NCBI RefSeq assembly: GCF_000181795.1
Contig: NW_003526944.1
Location: 4,966,055-5,030,054, forward strand
Origin: Trichinella spiralis
Lineage: Eukaryota
Direction: 5' to 3'
DNA length: 64,000 nucleotides
The notes under the pieces: generated by a model
Databases searched by the model: none
Told to the model about the DNA's origin: nothing
Seen by the model: the letters and a program-made list of their open reading frames with translations, nothing else
Shown here: positions 1 to 14,373 of the stretch, piece after piece
Position numbering within the stretch: position 1 is the stretch's first letter
Layout: each line of letters begins with the position of its first letter
Translations under genes and position numbers: made by a program

Positions 1-503
1 TAAAATAATGTAGGTAACGCGTGACGTAATAATACCTAAATAGAAAACATATGACCCCACTTTTGTGTTTACATTGTATGGTAATCATTTATTAAAAAAA
101 CTCTCACTGCTAAAATATGTTGTTACGAGTGACGTTATTTAACGTAATTCAAAATTAAAATACTCAGTGTTGTATTTACTTTGCATTTTAAACATTCTAA
201 TTAGCATATTAAAATTAATCTCATATTTAATACTGTTTTCCTACATGTTACGGATTAATAACATTCTATTTATAGAAGATTACTTCCTATTTATAAAAAG
301 ATTAATCTCGTTGCACCTTGTCTAAGCTAATTGTTTATTTCATTTATACCAAGTTTACTTTTCCCATTACCTAATTAAAGGAGACCCTGATAAACATTTT
401 TATATGCAAAAAATTTATAATCAAACAATGTCTAATTCACCAATAATCAATCAATAAATAAAATTACGCTTATTTAATGTTTACCATATTACATCAATTT
501 AAC

Positions 504-691
504 TGTTTACATTACACTGTTTTAAAGTAGAAATGTACTTTGACATTACATTCATTAAAGTAAAAACTGTTTTACACTAAAAATATATTATTATCAGTAT
601 GAAATTAATGAATAATTGAAATTTTTTATATGATGAAATGTAAATGAAAAACTGGTTAACTTTTCTACTTTAAAACAGTGTAATGTAAACA
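504..691. mobile_element. MITE-like element: perfect 30-bp terminal inverted repeat with 128-bp AT-rich spacer
   Basis: 504-533 TGTTTACATTACACTGTTTTAAAGTAGAAA is the exact reverse complement of 662-691; no clear target-site duplication seen. Confidence 0.55.
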
Positions 692-1016
692 AAAACTGAA
701 TTTGTCCAATTATTAAATGAATGAACATTATATTTTATTTATCATTTAAGTTCCTAAATTAAAAAATTAATGTATAAAATGTTAACAAATTTAAACTATT
801 TAGCATGATTATAAGGGGAAACTCTCGATGGAGATTAATTTCAAATGTTTGATGCCTAAACTGATGAAAGGTGCAACGCCAAATGAACTAGTTAAAGGTG
901 TGACGGCAAATCTGATGTCAATCATTGGCCAAGTGTCAGAGCCAGCGAGACAATAACACAAACGCATAGCGACGCTTACCGTTCCTCTTGGGGGAGTAAC
1001 GATCACCACTAGATTG

Positions 1017-1333
1017 NNNNNNNNNNNNNNNNNNNNNNNNNNNNNNNNNNNNNNNNNNNNNNNNNNNNNNNNNNNNNNNNNNNNNNNNNNNNNNNNNNNN
1101 NNNNNNNNNNNNNNNNNNNNNNNNNNNNNNNNNNNNNNNNNNNNNNNNNNNNNNNNNNNNNNNNNNNNNNNNNNNNNNNNNNNNNNNNNNNNNNNNNNNN
1201 NNNNNNNNNNNNNNNNNNNNNNNNNNNNNNNNNNNNNNNNNNNNNNNNNNNNNNNNNNNNNNNNNNNNNNNNNNNNNNNNNNNNNNNNNNNNNNNNNNNN
1301 NNNNNNNNNNNNNNNNNNNNNNNNNNNNNNNNN
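1017..1333. other. Assembly gap (N run); a second 10-N gap lies at 2809-2818
   Basis: Runs of N in the sequence. Confidence 1.
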
Positions 1334-2051
1334 NGAAATAATGCGCCTCCAGATGAAAAGCATATAATATGAACACACATTTTGGGGTGCTTTGAAAAAG
1401 TGTCATATATGCAAAAAAATAACGAAACTTTACAAATTAAATTACAATGTTCACTGGCATAAATAAGTTAATGAATTTTATTTTATACATGCTTTCTTGT
1501 TGTGGTTAGTTTCTCTGCTGCTGCCAAATACAATTACTTAGCCCGTTTCGCCACTGTAAGCCAGTAGCCACGCACTTGTTTTTTTCTTATTACTGCTCAC
1601 TGTTAATATTGATTGTTTCAGCTTTATTATTATTATAAGAGAAACAAATCGTTGCAACTTGTCTGTCAGCAAAATAATAATAATGAAAATATTGTGACAT
1701 TGATCAATTTGTGGCTGACAAATTATTGAAATGACAAATAATAAAGTGAAAATGAGAAATTAATAAAATGGGGAAAATTTTGAATGAAAATGAAACAAGA
1801 TTGTAGTTGTGGAAAGTGAGTGAAAGAGTATAGAAAGTTGAATGCGAGTGAGTTTTTATTTATTATGTTAAACTGGCGCAATCTACTTAGTCAGCAGAGC
1901 CAAATAAATTTTAAATTTAACAGAGATATTTTTTAAAAGTGAAAACTGAAAGAAAGCAAACACATGTACGTGAGTGCATACGTTTGGTGAAAAACAATTG
2001 CTGCTTTCAGTTATTCCTATTATATCATTATTATTATTATTATTATTATTA

Positions 2052-2098
<47 letters not shown>

Positions 2099-2808
2099 GT
2101 TATTATTATTATTATTGTTATTATTATTATAGAAGATTGATCCAAAGTTCTGATCTGAGAAAGGAAGGAAAGGAAATGAAATGAAAGGAAGACAAAATAG
2201 TAGAAGAATAAACAATGATCAAAATTTGTTAAAAAGAATATCGATTTATTTGAAAATTACTTTGAAAAAAGAACTAAAATATTCAAAAAAATTCCAAGAA
2301 CTCACGTGAAATAATTTGAAATTTGGTAAAATGTTAATAAAACATACATGTGATCATGTAACATACAAACAACAAATATAGATGTAAATGAATAAATAAG
2401 TAAACAAATGTTTTAAAAGACTCGATCACCGATGTAAAGTATTTGAAAGGTAAATTTTTTTAAAATATTAAAAAAATAGGTAAATTGATACTAAAAAATT
2501 GCGCATCCTGAAAGTAAAATGCAAACAGTATTATGCCAGGACGTTGATCATTATCATAAGCATTATTTATAATTGCTTACTTTTTTCTCCCATGGTGCCA
2601 TTTGAATGGTGTTTTGTAAGAAAATGGGTAGTTTCGTTGAAGATTTCTGCCAATAGTTCCCAGTGGATTACCCTATATTTAGTGGTGAATGCATAACTTT
2701 TGATATCTGAAAAACCTGGCCAATTTTACCATTGAAAACCTAAGGCAATAAGCAATGGATTTACTAGTTCTAACTTTCCATTTTTTCCCTCCTCCCTCGA
2801 TATAATGA
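1334..2808 (+). repeat. Copy 1 of ~1.45 kb near-identical direct duplication (copy 2 ~4483-5919); likely assembly artefact
   Basis: Near-identical core sequence; copy 1 is bounded by N gaps on both sides; differences are homopolymer-type indels concentrated at the ends. Confidence 0.9.
2025..2130. repeat. (TTA)n microsatellite (duplicate at ~5180-5291)
   Basis: Direct reading; explains the poly-N and poly-Y ORFs. Confidence 0.97.
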
Positions 2809-3759
2809 NNNNNNNNNNTAATTTTCAACGGGCCCAACATGCCTAAAAGACCAGACACTGCGCACGTAGCGTTCTACACCGCACTACATAAGTTGGATAT
2901 GCTACTCTAATATGAATTAGAACATAATGTCAGCAAAAAATAAACAATTAATGAGCACACTGGTTGCGCTCTATCCCACGCATAATTAACTGTATAAAAA
3001 TTTTGATTTATCTAATGTCTTCATGGTGCAAAATTTAGAAAACAATATAAAGTGACAATAAAATTAAATTGAAAACGTTTTTTGTATGAAAACGGTATTT
3101 TTCTGTCTTGCATAATAGATATCACTGTACGCTTAATGATATTCGACCTGCTAAGTTGAGAATGAAATTGAATGCCATAAGCAAGTGTAAATTGAAAATT
3201 TTATCGTCTTCTCCAATTAAATCTAGACGATTACCTATAATAGCAAATTGAAATATGGATTTGTTCAAAACCTTCAGTGTTCAACTATATGTAATTGAGA
3301 ATTCTGCTTTAAAAGTAGTATTTCAAGTTTTACGCATCTTCAAATTGAAAAGTGCTTAAATTCTTAAATATACATGCATTCATAGCAAAATATCAGGAAA
3401 ATAAGTTTCAGTATTAAATGTTCACCTGAATGTGGCATCTTGTACTTGCACCTTGGTTACGCTGCGCCACCGTTTATAGAACAGCACAGTAATAAAATAA
3501 TAACTATGCATGTGTATTACTTAGTAACCTTCTTATCGTTAATTTGGCAATTTAAATAATGTATCTTACTGTATCTTCAATTATTAATTATCTTTCCGTG
3601 ATTTTATTTTTGAAGTGTAATTTAACTTCATATTATAAAAGATGTTTTTACTCTTTCTCTTTCCATCTTCTTTATTTCCCTTTTATGCTTTGTATTATGT
3701 GCTCATGTAAGATCGAACTGTCTGCTGGAAATACGACATTTATGTGAAATGAGACTTTC

Positions 3760-4340
3760 ATTTACTTCTCTGACAACATTGAAGCCGTGGTGCATCCAAG
3801 CTGGCTATAATTAGTTGTATTAATACCTGCAGATTCACATATACTCTTAATTTATTGCTTTTTGACTCATGCCTGATTTTCAGATATACTGTAATGTCCT
3901 GTTGTGTGTTTTGTATTGTGTGCTTGTCTGTGCACAACGATACTTCCGATAATTTTCTGCAATGCTTCATATTCCCGCTTCATCCTAACAACAATGTGAA
4001 CCTAATTTACGCAACACTTTTTCCAGTATCCGTCACAAATGCACTTTCCTTCCGCTGCTTTACTGTTTTGTACCTCTTTTCCCAAATTCTGACTACTTTA
4101 TAATTAGCAAAATCAAATGTCCCTCGTCCGATCGATTGTCAGTGTGACGCAGTTTCATTTGCCGTCATCATTCACAAATTTTATTCTCCCGTGTTGCATT
4201 ATCTGTACTAAGATGTGTTCCATTCGTGCAACTTGTCTGTACGATTCCAATATAAAACCTTTCCCACTCTTCAATGGCTTACGTCAACACCACACACCGT
4301 TTTTAATCTTCCTGTCGATGCTGCCAACGTGCTAGATTAA
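3760..4340 (-). mobile_element. Possible highly decayed Tc1/mariner-like transposase relic
   Basis: Stop-riddled minus-strand translation gives LKTVCGVDVSH*RVGKVL, RIKFVNDDGK*NCVTLTID and VVHRQAHNTKHTT, loosely following Tc1 motif order (VS..TV, RL.FA..W..V...D, FQQDNA.KHT); weak, no TIRs seen. Confidence 0.25.
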
Positions 4341-4482
4341 TTTGGCATCAACAGGCAATTAAGCAGTCAAGAACATAAGAATATGTAAGTGAACAAATGC
4401 TTTAATGATTATTGTTATGATTCTCATGTGTGATTTGACAACTCTGAACGAGCAGTGAAACCAAACATAAAATGCACAGTGT

Positions 4483-5206
4483 GAAATAATGCGCTTCCAG
4501 ATTGAAAAGCATTATAATATGAACACACATTTTTGGGGTTGCTTTAGAAAAAGTGTCATATATTGCAAAAAAATAACGAAACTTTACAAATTAAATTACA
4601 ATGTTCACTGGCATAAATAAGTTAATGAATTTTATTTTTATACATGCTTTCTTGTTGTGGTTAGTTTCTCTGCTGCTGCCAAATACAATTACTTAGCCCG
4701 TTTCGCCACTGTAAGCCAGTAGCCACGCACTTGTTTTTTTCTTATTACTGCTCACTGTTAATATTGATTGTTTCAGCTTTATTATTATTATAAGAGAAAC
4801 AAATCGTTGCAACTTGTCTGTCAGCAAAATAATAATAATGAAAATATTGTGACATTGATCAATTTGTGGCTGACAAATTATTGAAATGACAAATAATAAA
4901 GTGAAAATGAGAAATTAATAAAATGGGGAAAATTTTGAATGAAAATGAAACAAGATTGTAGTTGTGGAAAGTGAGTGAAAGAGTATAGAAAGTTGAATGC
5001 GAGTGAGTTTTTATTTATTATGTTAAACTGGCGCAATCTACTTAGTCAGCAGAGCCAAATAAATTTTAAATTTAACAGAGATATTTTTTAAAAGTGAAAA
5101 CTGAAAGAAAGCAAACACATGTACGTGAGTGCATACGTTTGGTGAAAAACAATTGCTGCTTTCAGTTATTCCTATTATATCATTATTATTATTATTATTA
5201 TTATTA

Positions 5207-5259
<53 letters not shown>

Positions 5260-5919
5260 GTTATTATTATTATTATTGTTATTATTATTATAGAAGATTG
5301 ATCCAAAGTTCTGATCTGAGAAAGGAAGGAAAGGAAATGAAATGAAAGGAAGACAAAATAGTAGAAGAATAAACAATGATCAAAATTTGTTAAAAAGAAT
5401 ATCGATTTATTTGAAAATTACTTTGAAAAAAGAACTAAAATATTCAAAAAAATTCCAAGAACTCACGTGAAATAATTTGAAATTTGGTAAAATGTTAATA
5501 AAACATACATGTGATCATGTAACATACAAACAACAAATATAGATGTAAATGAATAAATAAGTAAACAAATGTTTTAAAAGACTCGATCACCGATGTAAAG
5601 TATTTGAAAGGTAAATTTTTTAAATATTAAAAAATAGGTAAATTGATACTAAAAATGCGCATCTGAAGTAAATGCAAACAGTATTATGCAGGACGTTGAT
5701 CATATCATAAGCATTATTATATTGCTTACTTTTTCTCCATGTGCAATTGAATGTGTTTGTAAGAAATGGTAGTTCGTTGAAGATTTCTGCGAATAGTTCC
5801 AGTGATACCTATATTAGTGTGATGCATAACTTTGATATCTGAAAACATGCAAATTTAACATGAAAACTAGCAATAGCAATGATTACAAGTTCTACTTCAT
5901 TTTCATCTCCTGTATATGA
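4483..5919 (+). repeat. Copy 2 of ~1.45 kb direct duplication
   Basis: Matches 1334-2808 from GAAATAATGCGC onward; microsatellite is two units longer. Confidence 0.9.
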
Positions 5920-7539
5920 AGTATTCAGTTTCACATTATGTGAATTGTGAAAGTGAAAATGGTGAACGCAAATATGTACTATACTTCTTTTGTTTGTTTT
6001 AAGCACCTTTAAAAATCAAAAGTAATGTACTACTAATAATATTTAAAAGTGAATAGTGATAGCAGAAAATCTAAAAAGTTTACATTTATTATGTTTGTCA
6101 AGTTATGCGAATAGCATATATCACAAAAGTATCAGCATACATTCTCAAACATCACTTACCTTTTAAAAATAGATGACTTTCAAAAGTGGAATTATATTTC
6201 CCACATGCCACTCTTTTGTTGCATTTGCTTCCAAATCATGACAATGCTGAAAGTGAATAATATTATTGTGGTCATCAAAACATGAAAACAAATATAGGTA
6301 CACGTTTGTGTAAAGCATCTGATTTAATTATCTGAAAGGGAACAATAATAATGCTAATACAGATTCTGATTAGCGTTCTTTCACCATAATTGAAAGTCAA
6401 CCAAATAGTATTCATAGAAAAGTAAAGGCAACATAATATAAAATATAATTCAAAGATGGTATTGAAGAGCGGAATTACAGTTGAACACGTACCTGTAGCC
6501 GTTGCACAGTATTAAATAACTGAATATAATAAAAATGCTCTAAAGTGGTGTTTGATAATAAGTAAATTATGCAAATAGAAAACTACTTTGCCTCCGGTAG
6601 AACAGCCTAATTTTACATCACTAATAGCGTAGTAGCGTGCATATGGTGAAGAATTTTATTAAATTATTAAATGACGAATGTCATTCACTTTTTATTTAAA
6701 TGCATAATATAACGGAAAATTTCATTATGATGCGGATTTCTTTCACTGAAATAATATGAAAACCTGAAGCACTAAATATTTCTAACATAATCTGTAAACA
6801 CTTCTAAATTAAATAAATTTAGCTGCGTGAAAGTGTGATGTGATGCAGTACATTGTATTAGATGTTTTCCTTACAATCAATGTGCGAAGTATAATGAGCA
6901 GTTTTTATCAAAAATCAACTAATAAAATATAATATCAGTTAAATGCATTTGTTGAATAAAACTAATAACATATTTCAGGAAAAGTTAACATAGAAATTAT
7001 GTTCAGCTTCAAACCATTTATGGGTACGAAAATTACTAAAAATACCATAATAATAGATATAATTAGAAAAAATGACAAATAAACGATTGATACAAACAGC
7101 ACAATTACAAAAAGAAATACGATTTGCTAAAATCATGAACAAGAAAGAATACAAGTAAATTTCAAATTCTATACATGCTAGTGATAAAGAAATGCAGCAG
7201 GTAAATGAAAGGTGAAATATCGCCTTTAACAAAACGAAATGTAACATACAGAAAAACCGCTAAATCGCTTCACTTTCATGTTATGATTACAGCATAACCA
7301 TTTGAATACTTTTGAAAACATAAATAACATTATACATTTGTATTTGAAAAATGATTAATAGAGTTGTCAAAGAAAGACAGCTCAATTACTTCAAATATAA
7401 TGGATTGAGCAATACGGAAAAAATATTGAAAGAATATGGAAATATTGAAAAATATGAATAATCATTTCCAAATCAAAATGTAAAATGCTTCATTTATTAA
7501 ATTTCATTCACATTGGGTATGTATCAACAAAGTTACGGT

Positions 7540-10500
7540 TGCGTAAATACTCTATCAATCAAGATAGACAAACTGCCAACTTTGAAAGCAATTTATTCCA
7601 CACTTATCGGATTGCGTTCAATCAGAATTTGCAGAAGTCTCTAATCTATCGATATAAAACCATGCCCAAAAAAAAGATTTCAAAATTGTGAAAAATCATT
7701 TTTCACTCAAAACGCGAAAACAGCAAAGTCTATAGCCCACAAAATTTCGAAATTTTCATAAAACCTATTTTTCTCCAAAAATAGTATTTAGAATGTAGGA
7801 AAAAATTAGAAAACAACAATGAGCTTGATCCCAGGTTCCCTGATTGCGTATTTCTCGAGAAATTGTAAACAAAATTGAAACTAAAATACAATTTTAATAG
7901 TGATGAAAGGAAAAGAAATAAAATATAAAAGTTGAAAACGTCATAGTAGAAAATGATTTTGTTAAAATTTATCAAGAAATTCACAATATTTTGAGCAAAA
8001 ACAAGTTCTTGCTTAAATAACATTTGTTCCTGAATTTTGTTTTCATGTTACAGCATCCAAAAAGTTTCAAATTTTTGTAAAAGATCTTTCCTTGACTGAA
8101 TACGCTACAGAAATAAGAATTAGTCGAAATAATCATATATATAAATACAAATTTAATCCAATGTGGGGTTTCTTTTATTTGTAAATATCATAATCGCTAA
8201 CCAACTATTCCATAAAATTTCTGAAAAAATCATCGATTACATGTTATTGTAAATTTATATACCCATAGTTAACGCAGTATTGTGGTTTGTAATCAACCAT
8301 GCAATAAATAAATCGTTCGAATTTCGTGGAACCATGCTTTTAGTATTTTCGAACTTATGAGTTAATATCTAGAAAATAGCATTGGAAATTATTTTTGACT
8401 ATGAATTCCAATGGAATGCTGATGCAATATAAACAATAAAAATTCATGTGCAATGAACGGATAATCCGGCGTATGCATCGCATTATTGGAATAGAATAAT
8501 TTCAAATGCTTTGAAAGAAGAATTGAGAAGCATTATTAAATTCACCCAATGAGGACAATTTAAAAGCGCTGTCTCGCTGAACGCCACAACAACAAAATGA
8601 CCCAGACAAAACACGCCCTCGAATGTCTGAATTTCAGATTTGAAAATTCAAAAATGTCCCACATAAATGGAATTTTTATTGAAAAGCTTTTCACAAAAAT
8701 CTAAAGACTCTGGCTTCTCCTTTTGACAAAGAAAATTTACCAGACCATAAAAATGTAATTTACATAATCTCCTTGTTGATGCAAAATTAAAAAAAATTTG
8801 ATCAAGGTGATAAAATAGGAGTGAGGCATCTGCATGAAATGTGGCAGGAAATATCCCTCGATTTTCAAGCGAGAGACATTCAACTGCTTTCAAAAATTCG
8901 GAAGATATGCATCGATGGCAATTCATAAACATGCTCGCTGCAACGTTCAGTACACCTTGTAAGAGTGCACCAACCATCAAATCAACCACCAGTGGAATAC
9001 GAGCAAGCGGACGTTTCCACTGCCAAGTGGAGTGAAATAATTTTCATATTCATAATTAAAGCAAAATTTTATTGCTCATGATATTTACTGTTGATAATTA
9101 TTAGAAACATATGAGAGAAGAAATCACATATCAAAAAATTAATTTGATAATGAAAATTTAAATTTACTCGCAACATGAAAATAAAAATATTTCATTATTT
9201 ATGTATATGATTTTCTTTTGCTTTTTTTTGGATGAATTCTATTTGAAAAGTTGTAAAAACGGGGAGTGATCGCATTTTGATCGAAAGACATTGTTACTGG
9301 ATGATTGGGATCTTGGCATTGATTTCATATCATTAAAAGGTGTTGAATGAAGTAAATCATAACAGATTTATATTAAATGAATAAAGCGTGTATGTAAAAG
9401 TCAACAAGAAGTTACAACATTATCTTTTTTTTCCTTTGATATAAATGATGAGCATTGGAACAGAAGAGCAAACTTTATTAATAAAAAGCAGTTTTGGATA
9501 ATGTTCTGCATGGGCTTTGCTTCGGCTGAAAAGGCTTTTCGCAGCTTTTCACAAAACAGAAAATCCCACAAAATTTCAATATTTTTAGAGAACATTTTTT
9601 CCTTACAAAAATCACTTGAATCTATCAGAAAGGATTATACAACTATTTCAAACATATCCGTACCGTGTTTTAGTGTTTAATGTTCGAGAAATTGCGGAAA
9701 AAGTAATGGAAACACCATTCCAATATCTTAGCACTCAAATTACCAAGTAAAATTTATCTAGAACCAACCCACTTAAATTGAATCACTTTAATTGCTTCTT
9801 AATTAAAAGATAATTATTTGTAAAATTAAAATGCAGCATTTTGAAAAAATGTAACAATTAGAAAAATGAGAATAGTTTTCAGCAATTAAAGCGGACTTTA
9901 TTAGTTACTGAGGGCCGTAAATAAAGTCAGAGAATGCTTCATATGGCTACTACTTGCCACATAAATTAATAAAAAGAGAGTGCTCTTCCCATTATATTCT
10001 AATTCTGAGGTGCCAGCCAGTTTGTTCACTTTGTAAGAGTGCACAAACCACTATATCAACCATCAGTGGAATACGAACAAGCGGACGTTTCCACTGCCGA
10101 ATATGATGAAATAATTTTCATATTTATAATTAGAACAAAATATTGTTATTCTTGCTTTTATAATTGATTTTTAATAAATTTGTTTGAATACAATATATTA
10201 AAAAAGAAATATCTATGAAAGAATTAATTTTTCTATGGATATTTAAGTTTATCTGCAGCATCAAAATAGATACATTCCATTTTATAATTAATATGTGATT
10301 TTTGCTTTTTAATATATGAATTCTGTTTGAAAAGTTGTAATGCGTAGGGAGGCCGCTTTTGAACACTACTTGCAGAAGTCAAGTAGTTGCATGAGTTATT
10401 TTGGTTTTGTTTTATCTACTTCGCTTGCGATGTAGCGGACGTCTCCACCGCCGATTCCAATAAATCAATTTTTATATTTATAATTAAGAGTAAAAATTAT

Positions 10501-12930
10501 TATTTTCATTTAATTTTTCATTTTTCATCCATTTTTTACAATTTCACAATACTTTTATTTAAATATCTTACATATTTGAAGTGATTAATACCATAAAAGC
10601 ACAGTTTCATTTCTGATAAACTTTTTTATAAAAAAGGTGTGAAATATAAAAACTACAATGTCAAATGTTTGAAAACAAGATTAGTATACGCGTTGCTGAC
10701 TAATATATTGTTTTAAATTAAAAAAAATTATACGAGAAAAAATCTGCCTAACGTTAAAAGAGAAACACTGTTGTCTCCATATTTGGTCATATTTCGACTA
10801 TATAATGAGATTTGTTTGATTTGCATTTGTTTAGCTCTTCTACAAAATTCTTCAAGGGCGTGTTAGCTAGTGCAAAGTTGATTTTCAAAAGACCATATTT
10901 TAATAATAGATAAGCAATGCGCAAAGGATTTATTTAATCAAACTGAATTGTACAAAAATTGGACATTCATTAAGTCACCTATCATCTCATGTTGAGAATT
11001 CTTCATAGAGAATATACTGAGAAATTATGCTCAATATTGATTCCCAACTGCACTGTTAAGTGATTACGACTTATAAATGCAAAAACTGCCTCTTATCACA
11101 AAGTGCGTCATCTTCTCATCGTTGATGTTCACTCTTTTTGGTTGCTGATTGAAAAATTATTTTTCAGAAATTATTCCAAAAAATAATAGTCCAAATAAAA
11201 GCAAATTTAGTATTTGGCATTTGATATTGCTTTACAGTGAATTTTCTAATCAAAACGCACTGCCCTGATACACGGACGGCCTCAAACTAAAATTATTTCC
11301 AATACGTCAATAAAACGAACGACCTCGCATGCAAATTTTTATTTTATTCATTTCTGATGAGAAATGAGACTAGTACCTATTTTTCATTCGTTTTATTTAT
11401 TTAACTAATGCACTCTGTTTAGAATAAATTCAATTGCAGCCTTGCCAAACTAAAAGCAATTTCCATTGCGGAAAAATACCAATTTAAATTTTCAATTCAT
11501 GTCCAAGCAAAATTTTGATGAAAAGTTTTTTCTCAAAAAAAGGAGTTGATTTATGTCATAAGAAATTGTTTGCAAACTACTACAAACTTATTCGCACCGT
11601 TCCTGACTGCGTATTTCATAAGATATACCAAAAAAAAGTGAAACTGAGAATAGAATTTTAACATTGTCGAAATAAATAGGAATGAAAATTAAAAGTTCAA
11701 TAAATACGTATGCATATGAAATGGTTTCATTAAGTTTTACAACGGAACTATCCTTGTTTTCGGCAAAAAGGACTTAAGTTTAATAAGAATTGTACCTGAT
11801 TTTCATTTATGCAACAAGAACTTTCAAAATTCAAAACTTTTCTTTGCTGAAGTTTTTGATTGATTACAATTCAGAGATAGAAACTATCCAAAATTATCAG
11901 ATTGGAAAACTATTTTCATGCTATATGCGAGTTTTTCTCTTCAATAAATGTCAAATGCTTAAACTGACAACTCTATCAAATTTCTCAAAAAATCATCGAT
12001 TTCGGGTTATTGAACATTCACATACCTTTATGTGGCACACAATTGCTTGCAATTGGCATCAAACTGTTTTAAAATACGCCGCAGTTTTTGACAAGCATGG
12101 AATAAGTTTCACTGTACTTACTGGTGGATACCTCTAAAAATTCGAACAAATACCATGCATCAGCCCAGTAATTTGACTTCAGTTGTAAATTTATTTATTT
12201 TCCTAGCATTTCTGCGATCAATTTTCACCCCAGGTTACTACATTATATACCTATTATGCAAATCGCAATTTTGTCATTGTTACTCAGCGAAAGTAAATTC
12301 AAATAGCCATGCATTTGGTATCAATGAGAAGCTTAATGAATGAAAAAAATGGTATTGCAAACTGCACTCTATGAAATGCTTGCTTTTTAAGAAATAAAAC
12401 ACTTGCAACGCATACGCTTTAATTCGCAGCAATTAATGATTATTGAACAGTAATAACTTCAGAAAAGCAATTCAATTGATCGTTAAGAAAATAAATTAGA
12501 AGAAACCTAATAGTTCGATATCAAAAATGTTTTATATGCAGAAACTGGCAGTCTCTGCTTCCGATGAAAGAGAGTTACTGATGGCGAACTTCCCTATGTA
12601 ATTCCACTATGATATTCTAATATGTATTAAGATAAGCAATGCGCCAAATTTAGATGCTATTTATTCCACAACTGCTGAGCAGTTTCTAATGAATCTCTCC
12701 AAAACACCTTCATTTATCAGAGTGAAAGTCAAACAATTAAAAAAAGTCCAAATTTTGAATTCTATAGCGCACGAAATTTCGAAATTTTCGAACAAAAACG
12801 TTTTCTCTTGAAATGACTTGAGAATTGATGTTAACTGATCAGGAACGATCAGTGAAGTACTGCAAACTTATCCGCACCGTTGCTAATTGCGCATTTTCCT
12901 AGATATTCCGGAAAAAGTGAAAAACTTTCC
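7540..12930 (+). repeat. Degenerate tandem array (~0.9-1.3 kb period) of pseudo-coding units
   Basis: A CCCACAAAATTTC-type motif recurs at ~7737, 8658, 9565, 11500, 12768; a CGCACCGTT/CCTGA.TGCGTATTT motif at ~7835, 9660, 11593, 12873; a ~120-bp near-duplicate at 8957-9080 vs 10031-10150. Confidence 0.6.
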
Positions 12931-12936
12931 TACGTA

Positions 12937-14255
12937 TTAACCTTCCAAGTAGCAAGGGGGCAATTTTGATCGCTCTCTCACTTAAACTGAATCAATTTAA
13001 TGTGTTCGATACGAAATCGCTTTTCCTTTTCAGTAGCTTCCCTTTGGACAATTTACTTTTATAAAAAAATATGCCAATTTTTTTCGTGTGACTCAGCAAG
13101 AAATATTTTAATCTAGGGTTAGCTGCACGCAGGCGATTTGTAAATTGCAGTACCTCACTCCTTGCTAATGCAGTCGTAATTTTTCCAGTTATATTGTACG
13201 TTACTCACAAAGCAAGTTTATCTCAATCTCCAAAGTCTGGATATATGTATTAAGTAATTGAATTTTGTTGGCTGAAGCTAATTATTAGACTCCTTCATCG
13301 CATTGGGAAGGCAGGTTATGTCACAGGGCGTGCTGTCTACGCAGCTGACAAAATTTTTCCATATTGGATGAGGCTATTGATCACAATTTGTTGCCATTTT
13401 TGACTATAATCAGTGCAATGGAGATTTGGACACGCTTGATAAAATGGTCAAAGAATACAGCACTGTGCGACGTTCCAGGCAGTGACCACTGGTTCTCTTA
13501 GTGAACGTCCCGGATACAGCTAACCTGAATGCGTTCATCGTGTATTCTACAAAAATTCCACCTTGCTGTGGCCAAGTCCCGCGTTGACGGAGGTTTTTCG
13601 TAGAACAATTAGAGCTAAACTTCGTTCTACCTCACATCCAATAGCGAGCAAACGTGAGTCTCAAGGCACTACTCAGAAACGTCAAAGGGCGATATGAGCG
13701 GTGATTCCAATCTGTGAAGCAAGCCCAGGATTTCATAAAGACAGCCGCAAAAGCGGGAGGTGCTGTACGTGCTCGTGAAAGCTGACAAGTGTAAAATATA
13801 ATCTGTGCCATCAGGTTGTGTGTAACCAGCACTATTCTGTTCACACTAGACACATCTGTGACAGCTGCCGTGAAAGTGTGGGTTGAGAAACCGTCTCCAC
13901 TGCTTGCGCTTTTTAGACGCAACTTAGACGTTTTCGTTCTCTTCTGTACATGATATAAACTTGCATTAAGTGACATAAATTTTTGCGGCATGCAGCAAAC
14001 TTAGTTAAATTATTCGAAGTTATAATCGAGGCAGACACACAGGATGCACATTTACCCATACACATCATAAAATCTGCAATATGGAGGACAGAAAATCGAA
14101 ATAAAACACATTTCTTGAAATCTGTACTCGACGGCTATGTTTCTAGATCATTTCTCACGAAAGTTATATCAAATTTAGACAAAAAAATCCGGGGCCAACC
14201 TAACCTCACATTTTCCAGAATTGATGCCAAAACATCTTGGTAATTGAAGGTTTAA
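12937..14255 (+). mobile_element. Internally deleted, decayed piggyBac DNA transposon
   Basis: TTAA at 12937-12940 followed by CCTTCCAAGTAGCAAG; imperfect inverted CTTGGTAATTGAAGG ending 14250 followed by TTTAA; 13393-13660 translates AIFDYNQCNGDLDTLDKMVKEYSTVRRSRQ*PLVLLVNVPDTANLNAF...RRFFVEQLELNFVLPHI, matching the piggyBac/PGBD YN..KGGVD..DQM...YS..R...RWP...LNAF block with stops. Confidence 0.85.
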
Positions 14256-14373
14256 ATTGCCATTGAAACACTGCACTCACTACAAATAAGAATACATCAA
14301 CATCAACCAATGACGCATCTATCTATTCATAACATGAAAAAGCACAACAACAAAATATACTTACACATATTTA

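Noticed and set aside
809..1406. ORFs spanning the N gap
   Set aside because: Open only because N codons translate as X; the GC-richer 810-1016 stretch could not be identified
1883..5376. Poly-Asn and poly-Tyr ORFs
   Set aside because: Translations of the (TTA)n microsatellite
1334..5919. Recent 1.45-kb segmental duplication as real biology
   Set aside because: Copy 1 is an isolated contig between gaps and the differences look like read-end homopolymer errors; most likely redundant assembly
6100..6620. Minus-strand splice-like signals suggesting a gene
   Set aside because: The candidate exon has stops in all three frames
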